Origin: a virus
Reading direction: 5' to 3' (one strand)
Length of the DNA stretch: 64,000 bases
Virus record (IMG/VR): IMGVR_UViG_3300037520_002383
Location: 1 to 64,000 of that record
A model generated the notes under the pieces. That model was not told the DNA's origin and searched no databases. It saw nothing but the letters and a program-made list of their open reading frames with translations. Made by a program: the position numbers and the translations under genes. Positions within the stretch are counted from its first letter, which is position 1. Each line of letters begins with the position of its first letter. This document shows positions 35,945-45,189 of the stretch, piece after piece.

Positions 35945-37294
35945 ATGCCCCGCAAGCCCCGTTCGAAGGTCGCCCATCGCAAGATCTTTGTGCTCGATAC
36001 CAATGTATTGTTGCATGATCCAAGAGCCATATTCTCTTTTGGCGACAATGATGTAGTCATCCCCATCTATGTTGTCGAGGAAATCGATACATTCAAGAAG
36101 GATGCCAGCGAGCTGGGGCGGAATGCGCGGGAAGTTAGCCGCCACCTCGATGAACTGCGGGCCGCGGGCTCTCTGGCCAGAGGCGTGCCGTTGCCCAAGG
36201 GCGGCAGCCTGCGGGTGGCCACGACGCACCTTGAGCTGCCCGAAGAGGTGACCACCGACCGCGGCCAAGACAGCAAGATCATGGCCGTGGCGTTAGACCT
36301 CAGCAGCTGCAGCGACCAGAAGGTCGTCTTCATCACCAAGGATACGAACCTGCGTATCCGCGCCGACGCCGTCGGCATCTATACCGAGGACTTTGAGCCC
36401 GAGCAGGTGGTTGCCATCGATGACCTCTATCACGGCTGGCAGGAGATCGATGTCGCCGAGGAAGTCATCCACGACTTCTACACCGCCGGCGCCTGCCGCC
36501 TGCCTGATGCCGTCTACGGCCCCAACCAGTACCTGTGCCTGAAGGCGCGTGGCAACCCCGGCTACAGCGCCATCGGCCGCGTCAAGCCGGCTGAGGGCGG
36601 TGGTTGGCTGCTGGCGCCCTTGGCTGCACACCCCGGCGGCGTCTGGGGCCTGAAGCCCAAGAACCGGGAGCAGTCGTTTGCCCTCGATGCGCTGATGGAC
36701 GACGACATCAAACTGGTGACGCTCGTCGGCAAGGCGGGCTGCGGCAAGACGCTGATGGCCATCGCCGCCGGCCTCGCCAAGGTCACTGACAGCCACAGCT
36801 TCCAGAAGCTGCTGGTATCGCGCCCCGTCTTCCCGCTGGGCCGCGACATCGGCTACCTGCCGGGGACGGTGGAGGAGAAGCTGAACCCCTGGATGCAGCC
36901 GATCTTCGACAACGTCGAGTTCCTGATGGGGCTGACGACGAAGGAGAAGAAGAAGGGCCGCAGCCATAAGGAGTTGATTGATCTGGGTCTGGTGCAGATT
37001 GAGCCCCTGACATACATCCGCGGCCGCAGCATTCCGCAGCAGTACATGATCGTCGACGAGGCGCAGAACCTGACGCCGCATGAAGTCAAGACCATCATCA
37101 GCCGCGCCGGCGAGGGCACCAAGATCGTGTTGACGGGCGACCCCTACCAGATCGACAACCCCTACGTCGATCAGACCAACAACGGCCTCGTCCACGTCGT
37201 CAACCGCTTCCGCGGCGAGAAGATCGCGGCGCACGTCATGCTGACGAAGGGCGAGCGGTCGCCGCTGGCTGAGATCGCCACCAACCTGCTGTAG
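35945..37294 (+). CDS. phoH: PIN domain-PhoH family ATPase (PhoH2/YlaK-like)
   Basis: VLDTNVLLHDP (PIN), Walker A GKAGCGKT, IGYLPG, YIRGRS, DEAQN, GDPYQID, ERSPLA. Confidence 0.95.
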   Translation: MPRKPRSKVAHRKIFVLDTNVLLHDPRAIFSFGDNDVVIPIYVVEEIDTFKKDASELGRNAREVSRHLDELRAAGSLARGVPLPKGGSLRVATTHLELPEEVTTDRGQDSKIMAVALDLSSCSDQKVVFITKDTNLRIRADAVGIYTEDFEPEQVVAIDDLYHGWQEIDVAEEVIHDFYTAGACRLPDAVYGPNQYLCLKARGNPGYSAIGRVKPAEGGGWLLAPLAAHPGGVWGLKPKNREQSFALDALMDDDIKLVTLVGKAGCGKTLMAIAAGLAKVTDSHSFQKLLVSRPVFPLGRDIGYLPGTVEEKLNPWMQPIFDNVEFLMGLTTKEKKKGRSHKELIDLGLVQIEPLTYIRGRSIPQQYMIVDEAQNLTPHEVKTIISRAGEGTKIVLTGDPYQIDNPYVDQTNNGLVHVVNRFRGEKIAAHVMLTKGERSPLAEIATNLL

Positions 37295-37301
37295 AAACTG
37301 G

Positions 37302-37330
37302 TTGACGGCCGCCCCAGCCTCTTGTAGGCT
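37302..37330 (+). promoter_or_regulatory. Early promoter, leaderless
   Basis: TTGACG-N17-TAGGCT-N6-ATG. Confidence 0.85.
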
Positions 37331-37336
37331 GGGGCC

Positions 37337-37471
37337 ATGACGTATCTGCTGGCTGAACTCAAACATCTCAAGACCCATTGGTTTTCGTGCCTGATATCGT
37401 GTTTGGCCGCGCATATGGCCATGGAGGCGGCGGAATGGCTATTGGAAGTCATTCTTGGGGCAAAGATGTAG
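37337..37471 (+). CDS. 44-aa hydrophobic protein (leaderless, not in track)
   Basis: MTYLLAELKHLKTHWFSCLISCLAAHMAMEAAEWLLEVILGAKM*; ATG 6 nt after TAGGCT. Confidence 0.65.
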   Translation: MTYLLAELKHLKTHWFSCLISCLAAHMAMEAAEWLLEVILGAKM

Positions 37472-37479
37472 TGGATCAC

Positions 37480-37508
37480 TTGACTTTTCTTGTTGACCCC
37501 CATACACT
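37480..37508 (+). promoter_or_regulatory. Early promoter, leaderless
   Basis: TTGACT-N17-TACACT-N6-ATG. Confidence 0.8.
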
Positions 37509-37514
37509 CATCAC

Positions 37515-37769
37515 ATGACCAACATCATAACACTCGACGCCGACGCCGTTCACATCCTGCACATGATCGCCGGCGGTCTGCGTCATGAAAATACCCTACG
37601 CCAATATCTACAGGATGACGCCGAGGGTCGCGAGATCCTGGCTCGCGACCTCCGCGCCCCCGGACGTCAAATCGATGAACTGCAGCGTCGGGGACTCATT
37701 GAAGTTGACGACAATGAGGCAATCACGGTTGCGGATATCGTCAAATCTCTTATCATCATCGTTGAATAA
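37515..37769 (+). CDS. Putative winged-helix protein (leaderless)
   Basis: IDELQRRGLIEV; ATG 6 nt after TACACT. Confidence 0.65.
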   Translation: MTNIITLDADAVHILHMIAGGLRHENTLRQYLQDDAEGREILARDLRAPGRQIDELQRRGLIEVDDNEAITVADIVKSLIIIVE

Positions 37770-37791
37770 ACCTAAGCCCCAGGAACCCGCA

Positions 37792-38031
37792 ATGATTGAT
37801 ACCAATGAAATCCAACAGAAAGTGCAGTCGATCTGCGACGCCCACAGTGGTCCGCATCTGTTCGAGGGCGGCTACGGCCTATCTTGCTTCGTATCGGTGT
37901 GCGTTGATGCAGATGGCGAAAAGGTGACGGTACGCAACGCCGCCTACGGCAATGGCCTGCAGCTGGGCGCAGCCTTTTCTGATGCGATGAAGGCGGCCGG
38001 GTTCAACGAGTTCGATGTAGTTTTGGATTGA
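37792..38031 (+). CDS. Hypothetical protein
   Basis: AGGA SD. Confidence 0.65.
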   Translation: MIDTNEIQQKVQSICDAHSGPHLFEGGYGLSCFVSVCVDADGEKVTVRNAAYGNGLQLGAAFSDAMKAAGFNEFDVVLD

Positions 38032-38033
38032 GC

Positions 38034-38061
38034 TTGACTTTTGTGGTTTTTTCTCTAGGAT
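38034..38061 (+). promoter_or_regulatory. Early promoter, leaderless
   Basis: TTGACT-N16-TAGGAT-N7-ATG. Confidence 0.75.
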
Positions 38062-38068
38062 GCTTGTC

Positions 38069-38770
38069 ATGACCCAAACAATCACTGCCGAAACTCGCCA
38101 GAGACTCACCGAAATCGTCAACGCCGGCCTCGTCAGTGGGCTCGGCGAAGCCAAGGCTGGAAGCCTTTGCATCGAGGCTGCGATCTGCCTCGCCATGGGT
38201 GAGCCGCACTCCGATCGCCCATCGTGCGTTGCGGAGCCGGATAGGGAGTTTGCGATCAGGATCAATGACGCGAAGTGGTCGTCGAAGGAGGCGAGAACGC
38301 AAGCACTGCTGCCGCTCGCCCTCGCTCAGCTAGGCACGGCTGGCAGCGATCGCACGGCTTGGGTGCAGCGAGTAGCCGAGGGGACGATCCGCCGAATCCT
38401 GCCGATTGCGCTGCGCGCTGCGGCAAGCATGCATCCCCACGAGCGACACCGTGCAGCACTGGAGGATGCCGCGCTGCGATGCGAGCAAGAGGGCACGAGG
38501 ACCGCCGCCGCCTCCGCCGCCTCCGCCACCTACGCCGCCGCCTCCGCCGCCTCCTACGCCGCCCGCGCCGACGCCGCCTACGCCGCCGCCGCCCGCGCCG
38601 CCGCCTACGCCGCCTACGCCTACGCCGACGCCTACGCCGACGCCTACGCCGACGCCGCCGCCGACGCCGCCGACGCCGCCGCCGCCGCCTACGCCTCCTA
38701 CGCCGCCGACGACGTACTGCGACTTGCGGTGCAGATCGCGCTCGATGCCTATGCGGCTGAGGTGGAGTGA
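38069..38770 (+). CDS. Hypothetical protein with Ala/Tyr/Asp low-complexity tract (leaderless)
   Basis: CIEAAICLAMGEPHSDRPSCV...IRINDAKWSS; AAYA repeats. Confidence 0.75.
   Translation: MTQTITAETRQRLTEIVNAGLVSGLGEAKAGSLCIEAAICLAMGEPHSDRPSCVAEPDREFAIRINDAKWSSKEARTQALLPLALAQLGTAGSDRTAWVQRVAEGTIRRILPIALRAAASMHPHERHRAALEDAALRCEQEGTRTAAASAASATYAAASAASYAARADAAYAAAARAAAYAAYAYADAYADAYADAAADAADAAAAAYASYAADDVLRLAVQIALDAYAAEVE
38503..38712 (+). repeat. GCC-based codon microsatellite
   Basis: About 70 codons, almost all GCC/TAC/GAC/TCC. Confidence 0.9.
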
Positions 38771-39051
38771 TGGCTAAAAGGTCACCCGTCGACAAAGATA
38801 CATGGATCGAGTACGCGAGAGGCGGGCATTGTGGCCTGTGCGGAAACAGCGGCCTCATCAGCATGAGTGGCTTGACGACCCCTGCCGGTACATTATTGGC
38901 GGCGCTTGAGAAGGTTCCCTGCATCTGTCCGAACGGCAGGACCATCAAGTACGCAAGGGACAAGGCGGCGCCGCCGGCTTCAGCGACTTCGACATCACCC
39001 TTGACTGAGGGCTTGACGGCGGCGGCGGAAGGCTGTAGGCTGGGGGCATGA
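38767..39051 (+). CDS. Zinc-finger protein
   Basis: CGLCGNSG...CICPNG; GGAG SD. Confidence 0.65.
   Translation: MMAKRSPVDKDTWIEYARGGHCGLCGNSGLISMSGLTTPAGTLLAALEKVPCICPNGRTIKYARDKAAPPASATSTSPLTEGLTAAAEGCRLGA
39013..39041 (+). promoter_or_regulatory. Early promoter, leaderless
   Basis: TTGACG-N17-TAGGCT-N6-ATG. Confidence 0.85.
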
Positions 39052-39197
39052 ACCGCAACAGCACCTCCCCAAACTTCTTCACCATCGCCTTCCTCGCCGC
39101 CCGCAGCCTCATCAGGCACCCGCGGTCGCAGTTCGCCGCCAACTGGCGCCGCGACCTCGCCTACGGCCTTGAAGGCTTCGACTGCCTGAAGGCGTAG
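39048..39197 (+). CDS. 49-aa protein (leaderless, not in track)
   Basis: MNRNSTSPNFFTIAFLAARSLIRHPRSQFAANWRRDLAYGLEGFDCLKA*. Confidence 0.7.
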   Translation: MNRNSTSPNFFTIAFLAARSLIRHPRSQFAANWRRDLAYGLEGFDCLKA

Positions 39198-39309
39198 CCA
39201 CGTCCCGGCTATCTGGCGACAATCATCGCCACTCAAGCCGGTGTCTGGCGACAATAACCCGCACCATAGCCGGGGGCCGAGGCCTCCGGCGCCTCTTTTG
39301 GAGACCAAG

Positions 39310-39564
39310 ATGACTGCCAGAGAACGCCTGCGACTGAAGGGGCCGGGGATTGCCCTGAGCCTCCGCGTGCCCGAAAACACCGTCCCCAGCTACGACCACG
39401 CCCTTGTCTCGACCCTCGACGGCCGCGCCGAGGCCCGCTACTACATGGCCATCGATGAGGGCCTGCTGGTGGCCGGCGGCGCCGAAGTCGATCTGACGCC
39501 GCGGCAGCTTTTGTGGCTGCTGGCTCAGGGGCGGGTGCTGGATAACGCCATTGAAAGTGCTTGA
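39310..39564 (+). CDS. Hypothetical protein
   Basis: GGAG SD; stop lies in TTGACG. Confidence 0.65.
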   Translation: MTARERLRLKGPGIALSLRVPENTVPSYDHALVSTLDGRAEARYYMAIDEGLLVAGGAEVDLTPRQLLWLLAQGRVLDNAIESA

Positions 39565-39589
39565 CGGCTTGCGACGTAGCTGGTAGGCT
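39561..39589 (+). promoter_or_regulatory. Early promoter, leadered
   Basis: TTGACG-N17-TAGGCT, then AGGAG. Confidence 0.8.
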
Positions 39590-39611
39590 GCGACGCCATA
39601 GGAGTAGGCAT

Positions 39612-40169
39612 ATGCAAATCAACGAAGTCGTCGGTGACAAAAACACACGCACCTTCAGTATCGTCATCCGGCCCCAAGTGGGGGAGCGCCAGCGCCTACG
39701 CCACATCCGACTCAGCGAATCACTAGCCGACGACGACAGCCGCTGGGTCGTTTCCCGTTTCTGCAATGCACAGGATGCCGCATTCCGATGGCATACCCAT
39801 GGCCTTGAACAGACGTCTTTCAACAATGAAGAGGAGGCGATGGCGCTGTTCCAGTCTCTGGTGGCTGAGGCACAGGGCGGCAGCCAGCCGCGACTGGAGG
39901 TCATGCGCCGCCCCGTGGGAGTCGCCGATGATCGCGACATTGCCGCCTACATCCGCTGCCACCTGCAGCTGCTGGCGATGCGCGAAACCAAGCACTACCG
40001 CTGCCTCACCGTCACCGACGCCGTCTACCGGCGCCTTGATCGGCAGCCGCTGACGGAGACCGACATCAGGGTGCTGCGGGGCCTGCGATGGGGCCAAATC
40101 CACAACGTAGGCGTCGCCGCCGACGGCCTGAAGGCCAACGTCCACAGCCAGTGCGACTCCGGCGACTGA
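39612..40169 (+). CDS. Hypothetical protein
   Basis: Promoter plus AGGAG SD. Confidence 0.7.
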   Translation: MQINEVVGDKNTRTFSIVIRPQVGERQRLRHIRLSESLADDDSRWVVSRFCNAQDAAFRWHTHGLEQTSFNNEEEAMALFQSLVAEAQGGSQPRLEVMRRPVGVADDRDIAAYIRCHLQLLAMRETKHYRCLTVTDAVYRRLDRQPLTETDIRVLRGLRWGQIHNVGVAADGLKANVHSQCDSGD

Positions 40170-40182
40170 TGCAGAACGATAC

Positions 40183-40211
40183 TTGACAACCGGCGACTCA
40201 GCCCATAGACT
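40183..40211 (+). promoter_or_regulatory. Early promoter, leaderless
   Basis: TTGACA-N17-TAGACT-N6-ATG. Confidence 0.85.
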
Positions 40212-40217
40212 TTGGTC

Positions 40218-40448
40218 ATGAACAAAAACATCGTCCTCGCCATCGGCACCAAGATCCACTACACGGGCGACATCGCCAATGACGCCGGTGAAGGCGAGAT
40301 CACGGCCATTCACGCCAGCAAGTGGTATGGTCATGTCTTTGACGTAACACTCAATGACGGCCGGGTCTGTGCGGGTCTCACCGCCGGTTCCTTTGGGCCG
40401 CTGCGCCCCGGCAACTGCAGCGACCGCTTTCAGGTTATTGATACTTGA
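40218..40448 (+). CDS. SH3-like small protein (leaderless)
   Basis: IGTKIHYTGDIAN; ATG 6 nt after TAGACT. Confidence 0.7.
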   Translation: MNKNIVLAIGTKIHYTGDIANDAGEGEITAIHASKWYGHVFDVTLNDGRVCAGLTAGSFGPLRPGNCSDRFQVIDT

Positions 40449-40473
40449 CATCCAGCTCGTATTCACTATACAT
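40445..40473 (+). promoter_or_regulatory. Early promoter, leadered
   Basis: TTGACA-N16-TATACAT, then GAGGAG. Confidence 0.6.
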
Positions 40474-40493
40474 CAAGCAAGAGGAGCAAACAC

Positions 40494-40853
40494 ATGAAGA
40501 CGACCATCAAGATGACCATCGGCCTTAGCGAAGTTGCCAGCCAGCGCCTCAGTGGAAGGCGCTTCAGCATGAGCACGCCCTCAGGCGACGATGCCGTCCG
40601 CGAGGCCCTGAAGCGGGTCTTGGCTGAAGGCGCTATGGTGACCATCGGCGCCAGCGGCTTCCACAGCGGTAACCTCGCCGAGGCCATGGCCAGTGGCGTC
40701 TGCGGGGTCGTGGAGCCTATTCACTCCGAGGTCTGGGATACGGACGTGCGTGACGGCATTCGCGGCTTCATCGAGGGGCTGCTGGATGGCCGCATGGAGA
40801 AGCCGCTGGGTGACAACCAGTGCCTGCAGCCGGGGCAGGCGGTCGTCATCTGA
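40494..40853 (+). CDS. Hypothetical protein
   Basis: GAGGAG SD. Confidence 0.7.
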   Translation: MKTTIKMTIGLSEVASQRLSGRRFSMSTPSGDDAVREALKRVLAEGAMVTIGASGFHSGNLAEAMASGVCGVVEPIHSEVWDTDVRDGIRGFIEGLLDGRMEKPLGDNQCLQPGQAVVI

Positions 40854-40895
40854 ACCCAGGGGGAATCTGTATGGGGAGCGCGCCGGGAGGTATTC

Positions 40896-41054
40896 ATGTT
40901 CCCCATCATTCCCCTTATCTTCGCCCTCCTCTTCAGCAGCCCCGTGGAAAGCGTCGCCTTTGCCCTCGCTGACTGCAAGATCCTGGTGACGCCCATCGAG
41001 GGGCCCATGGCTACGCCCAGGCCCGCGTCGGCCGTCAAATGGGTCTGTGACTAA
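40896..41054 (+). CDS. 52-aa exported/membrane peptide (not in track)
   Basis: GGAGG SD; MFPIIPLIFALLFSSPVESVAFALADC...WVCD*. Confidence 0.55.
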   Translation: MFPIIPLIFALLFSSPVESVAFALADCKILVTPIEGPMATPRPASAVKWVCD

Positions 41055-41145
41055 TGCGCCGCCGTTTCGTCTGCGCCCTTCAGCCCCCCACAATAAACCA
41101 CTTGACGGCCGCCGCCAATGCCCAAAAGACGACGATGCCGCGGCT

Positions 41146-41706
41146 CTAGTCGCTGGCCATCAGGCTCTCGATTTCCGGCGGCACCTTCCCCAGCTGCTGC
41201 ATGGTGATAAGGCGCCGGGGACCGACGATACCCGAGCCGATGATGTCGGGCCAACGACCAAGGCGTCGTGCCATCTCGTATTTCCAGAGGTAGGCGTTGG
41301 CGCGGCTAATGTAGAGGTCGGCGTCTCCTAGGCCCAGGGCCTTCACTAGCCTCAAACCGCTGCGTTCGGCATCCAGTTCACAGCGCTGAATGTAGCGGAC
41401 GGCCGTCAGCAGTCGCCGAGCCGATACCCTCAGGCCCCCTAGCCAGCCCTGAAAGGTATCCCAATGCTGGCTATCGCAGAAGTCACCGCGCAGGGTCTGT
41501 TCAACGTGTCCAATCTCATGCGCCAGTATCTGGGCCCAATCGCGGTGGTCCATGGCCACGCGCAGCGTCATCTCCGCCTCATCCCACTCTCCGAGGTTGC
41601 TGCCCTCGTCGTCAACATAGTCATCGGGCACCAGCTGTAGGCTGGCGCCCAGTGGCTGCAGGCGACTTAGGGCGTGCTCGATCAGCTGGCTCTCGGCTGG
41701 CGTCAT
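41146..41706 (-). CDS. Zincin-like metallopeptidase (ImmA/IrrE-like)
   Basis: ILAHEIGHVEQ...CELDAE; GGAGG SD. Confidence 0.75.
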   Translation of the reverse strand: MTPAESQLIEHALSRLQPLGASLQLVPDDYVDDEGSNLGEWDEAEMTLRVAMDHRDWAQILAHEIGHVEQTLRGDFCDSQHWDTFQGWLGGLRVSARRLLTAVRYIQRCELDAERSGLRLVKALGLGDADLYISRANAYLWKYEMARRLGRWPDIIGSGIVGPRRLITMQQLGKVPPEIESLMASD

Positions 41707-41830
41707 CGGGGCCTCCGGGGCACACCACTAAGGTACGGTGGCCCCTTCGGCTGCGAAATCTTCCGCAGACCAGTTCCCCAAACGGCTTCCTGAAGCCATT
41801 GCTTTGTCGTCAACTTTAGCGGCGGCGCCG

Positions 41831-42631
41831 TCAGTCAATAGAGTATTGGATGATGGCATCAATCGTCGAGTTGATGATCCAGATTCTTCGCCCGTCTGGA
41901 CGCACAAAGACGTTGTTGTTGTTGGAGCCGATGGCAAGCTTTCGGTCATCATATGCCTGATTGCCGCCGCTGGTAAAGACATAGGGCGTAGACAAATAGA
42001 GCGAAGCCAGGCTACCAACGGTGGTATAAAATAGTCTCCGCCCTTCATCGGCCACAAACTGGCCACCCATATTGTATCCGGATATAGAAGTCCCCGCAGA
42101 GGCAGAGGATAAGTCAAAGGGGCGGCTCATGACGACGGTGCGCAGCAGGTTGCTGCCATTCGCCGCCACAGTCATCAGCCTTCCGTCTTCATGCAGCCAA
42201 AGACCGCCGTTATTGGAGCCCGTGCTGTAGATGTTAGTGGGCGTAGCGGTGAGGGTCGTGACATCCCAGCGCGTCGTCAGGAGATGCTGAGTGACGTAGC
42301 CGCCGGTGGAAAACGACAAAAAGGCCCATGTGCCGGTGGGATCGAAGGCCACACTGCGGGCGCTACCGTAGCCGGTGATGACGGGCGAAGAAGCGCCGAT
42401 GGAACCCGTCGATAGATCCCAGGGCGTGGTGCAGGTAACCGTCCAGACCCTATTGCTGGCGGCGCCGGTATAGTAGAGACGCAGGCCATCAGCACGCCAC
42501 CACAAACCCGTCGGATTTGTTTCTTGGCCCGCCGGTGAGACATCGAAGAAGGTTGCAGCGGCGGTGTATCGCGAGGGATACCAGATGCCGGCGGGGGTAG
42601 CTGCGTATGCGGCAGAGAGTTGTTGCGGCAT
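41831..42631 (-). CDS. Virion beta-propeller-like repeat protein
   Basis: Repeated (P/R)WD(L/V)(S/T)T and DG(L/R)R motifs; follows the tape measure gene. Confidence 0.65.
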   Translation of the reverse strand: MPQQLSAAYAATPAGIWYPSRYTAAATFFDVSPAGQETNPTGLWWRADGLRLYYTGAASNRVWTVTCTTPWDLSTGSIGASSPVITGYGSARSVAFDPTGTWAFLSFSTGGYVTQHLLTTRWDVTTLTATPTNIYSTGSNNGGLWLHEDGRLMTVAANGSNLLRTVVMSRPFDLSSASAGTSISGYNMGGQFVADEGRRLFYTTVGSLASLYLSTPYVFTSGGNQAYDDRKLAIGSNNNNVFVRPDGRRIWIINSTIDAIIQYSID

Positions 42632-42648
42632 TGTCGTATCCTAATCCC

Positions 42649-45189
42649 CTACTTGGTGTTGACTTCAGATATCGGCCTGCCCTTTTGCAGGGGGCCCGAC
42701 ATCACCTGCACCACATACTGGTTGCCGGGCTGAAACTCGCCAGTGGCCATAGGCACGTTCTGCATGAACTTCTCTAGGCCCTTCTCAAAGCCGCCTTCTT
42801 TTTGGACTTGCCGATAAAGTTCCCTGATGTCTTCTTCGCCGCCCTTGCCCAGGAACCGGAGGATGGCCTTGGCCTGATTACCGACTAGTGACTCGGCGAA
42901 GTCGCCGTATTGCATCTTCTTGATTTCTTCCGGATTCAGCTCCCTGGCCTTTGTAAAGACGCCGGCTTTGTTGAACTCCAGCATCGCCACCATCTGCCGA
43001 GAGACGTCCATCGAGTAGCCGGTGTTGGCAGTAATCGCCGCCGCCTTCTGCTCCAGGGACATCTGGCCGCCACCGCGGGCATAGGTGCTGAGGATGCCGC
43101 CGGCGGTATTTTGGAGCGTCTCCATGCGCTGCTGGCTGGTAACGCCGGCTGCCGTCAGGAACTCATTGCCACCCAAGAGATCTGACATAGACGACATCTG
43201 CAGGGCGCGGGCCGCCAAGCCACTGCCTCCGGGCCCCAGGGCCTTCATCGCCGAGGCCGTTTGCAGCATATTGATGTAGGGGTTCTGTTGCGTCAGCTGA
43301 TTGAGAGCACCCTGGGCCTGCGCGGCATTCTGGACATCGCGCATCGTCGCCTCTCGGCCCAAGGCATTGAAGCCGAGGCCCGAGGTGTAGGCTTCCAGGC
43401 GCTGACCGAAGCCGCCGACGGCACCGCCGACGCCAAAGGCGCTTTCGTTCATGCCCTTGGCAATGGCTTCGCTAAATAGCGCCAGGGTCTTTTCGCTCTG
43501 AAAGCCCTTCTCCGTGCCACGGGCGAAGACCTCCATCAGCTGACGATAGGCGACCGAGGGCGCTGTTTCGCCTTTTTGAATGCCACCCGACATGATAGCG
43601 GCTTCACCTAAGCCCGTCAATGAGCCAATGGCTGCACTCTGGCTGAAGCCCATGCGCATGAGTCGATTGGCGTAATCCATGTAGCCGGATTGAGCCTTTT
43701 GGGTCTGGACTCTCTCCATTTCCACCGGCTTCTTTGGAAAGGTGGTGCTGAACATCTCCGTCGCCTTTTCGGGACTGAAGATCGATGCTCCGGCGCCAGC
43801 CGCAATGGCCTGACCAAAGGCCTGCATTTGCATGACATCGTATCCGGAGTAGCCACCGGTGCCGGGCTTAGCGCGTTGTCCGAACTTAGCTCCGACGCCA
43901 AACGTCGCTTCCAGGTTACCGGTGGCTCTGAGGATCGATTCCGCCTGCGATACGGATTGACCGAAGTCAAGGCCATAGCCGGCGCCGATGCCCATGGCTC
44001 GAAATGCGCGACCCTGCAGAGCCTTTGCGCCGTGAATGCGTGTGCCGGCATGGGCCATGAGGCTCTGCATGGCCATGGTGCGGCCGGGACTGAACTGATT
44101 CTCCAACTGCAGTGCGGCTTCAATCTGTGCCGCTTTCGCCGCGTCGATTGTACCCGCATCAACTGCGCCATATAGAGCATCGGCGCCATTTATGGCACCG
44201 GGTACCGCACCAACCACGCCGCCGACGACGGCCCCCGGTACACCGCCGACGGCGCCGCCCACAGCGGCTCCCGTGACCGCGCCCTGCAGGGTCTGACCGG
44301 CGGCGCTCAATACCCTCTGCCCCGTCTGCAGGCCCGCTGGTACCCCCGTGCCGTAGCGGCCGAGAATGCGTTGGGCATTAGGCGTATACAGCTGCAGGAG
44401 GCCGCTGTAGTCGCCTTGCGCCATTTGGCCCAGGATGCGGTTGCCCGTCATCATGGTCGTGGCTGTGCTGATATCGGCTCCGCGCATAACCGTCGTGGCT
44501 AGCCCCGCGCCGGCACCCGCGATGCGACTCAGGCCCTGAGCAACGCCGGCGGCAATCATCGCTACATCAGCGGCGTTTGGACCACCAAGTCGGCGCTCAG
44601 TGCGCTCCAAGTCAGCAATAGTCGCGCGCTGCTGTCCGGCCTCACCCAGGCGCTGGGTCAGCTGACCGAGGGTGCGTGCCTCGTATCTGCTCGCCAAATC
44701 CGCACGAGCACTTGCCTCGGGGTCACCGCCGACGGCCGCGGCACGAAGCCTTGCTGCTTCGCGTGCCATATTATTATATCTTTTAGCTAGATCATCAATA
44801 TCCTTGCCTGCATTACTCAGTTCCCGGCGCTGGTCCGCCAGGGCCATTTTGGTCACATTGACCATGGCCTTCATGGCATCTTTGGATCCCGAAGAGATGG
44901 CGGTTAGTGCCATCTGTTGACTGCGCAGGTTCTGAATGATGCCACCGCCGAGACCGGCGGCCGCACCTAAACCCGCTGCGGGAGCCGATGGGCGTCCGAA
45001 GCCGCCACCGCCACCGCCCATTGAACCCGGAAAGAAAACTTGATTGCCGCCGACGCCCGACATCTGCTGTAGGGCCCGCGCCAGCTCTTTGACCTTGGGA
45101 ATCAGGGACGAAAATGCGCCATCGACTTGACGAAATGATGCCTGGTCAAGCCCCGCGCTAAATCGTATTTCCTTGTTTCCGTTGGCCAT
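42649..45189 (-). CDS. Tape measure protein
   Basis: About 846 aa, Ala/Gly/Gln-rich and helical; downstream of the chaperone pair; SD AAGGGG. Confidence 0.75.
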   Translation of the reverse strand: MANGNKEIRFSAGLDQASFRQVDGAFSSLIPKVKELARALQQMSGVGGNQVFFPGSMGGGGGGFGRPSAPAAGLGAAAGLGGGIIQNLRSQQMALTAISSGSKDAMKAMVNVTKMALADQRRELSNAGKDIDDLAKRYNNMAREAARLRAAAVGGDPEASARADLASRYEARTLGQLTQRLGEAGQQRATIADLERTERRLGGPNAADVAMIAAGVAQGLSRIAGAGAGLATTVMRGADISTATTMMTGNRILGQMAQGDYSGLLQLYTPNAQRILGRYGTGVPAGLQTGQRVLSAAGQTLQGAVTGAAVGGAVGGVPGAVVGGVVGAVPGAINGADALYGAVDAGTIDAAKAAQIEAALQLENQFSPGRTMAMQSLMAHAGTRIHGAKALQGRAFRAMGIGAGYGLDFGQSVSQAESILRATGNLEATFGVGAKFGQRAKPGTGGYSGYDVMQMQAFGQAIAAGAGASIFSPEKATEMFSTTFPKKPVEMERVQTQKAQSGYMDYANRLMRMGFSQSAAIGSLTGLGEAAIMSGGIQKGETAPSVAYRQLMEVFARGTEKGFQSEKTLALFSEAIAKGMNESAFGVGGAVGGFGQRLEAYTSGLGFNALGREATMRDVQNAAQAQGALNQLTQQNPYINMLQTASAMKALGPGGSGLAARALQMSSMSDLLGGNEFLTAAGVTSQQRMETLQNTAGGILSTYARGGGQMSLEQKAAAITANTGYSMDVSRQMVAMLEFNKAGVFTKARELNPEEIKKMQYGDFAESLVGNQAKAILRFLGKGGEEDIRELYRQVQKEGGFEKGLEKFMQNVPMATGEFQPGNQYVVQVMSGPLQKGRPISEVNTK

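Noticed and set aside
36293-37414. 373-aa minus-strand ORF opposite phoH (also 47349-48482, 54200-55225, 30860-31777 and others)
   Set aside because: Shadow frames caused by strong GC3 bias of the real gene; no SD, promoter or motifs
38503-38712. Possible DGR template/variable repeat or CRISPR array
   Set aside because: No adenine-specific paired repeat, no reverse transcriptase, no repeat-spacer periodicity
39212-39258. Sigma54 promoter (TGGC motifs)
   Set aside because: GG-N10-GC spacing is not met in either copy
38262-39380. Poly-Arg and poly-Pro ORFs
   Set aside because: Alternative frames of the GCC microsatellite
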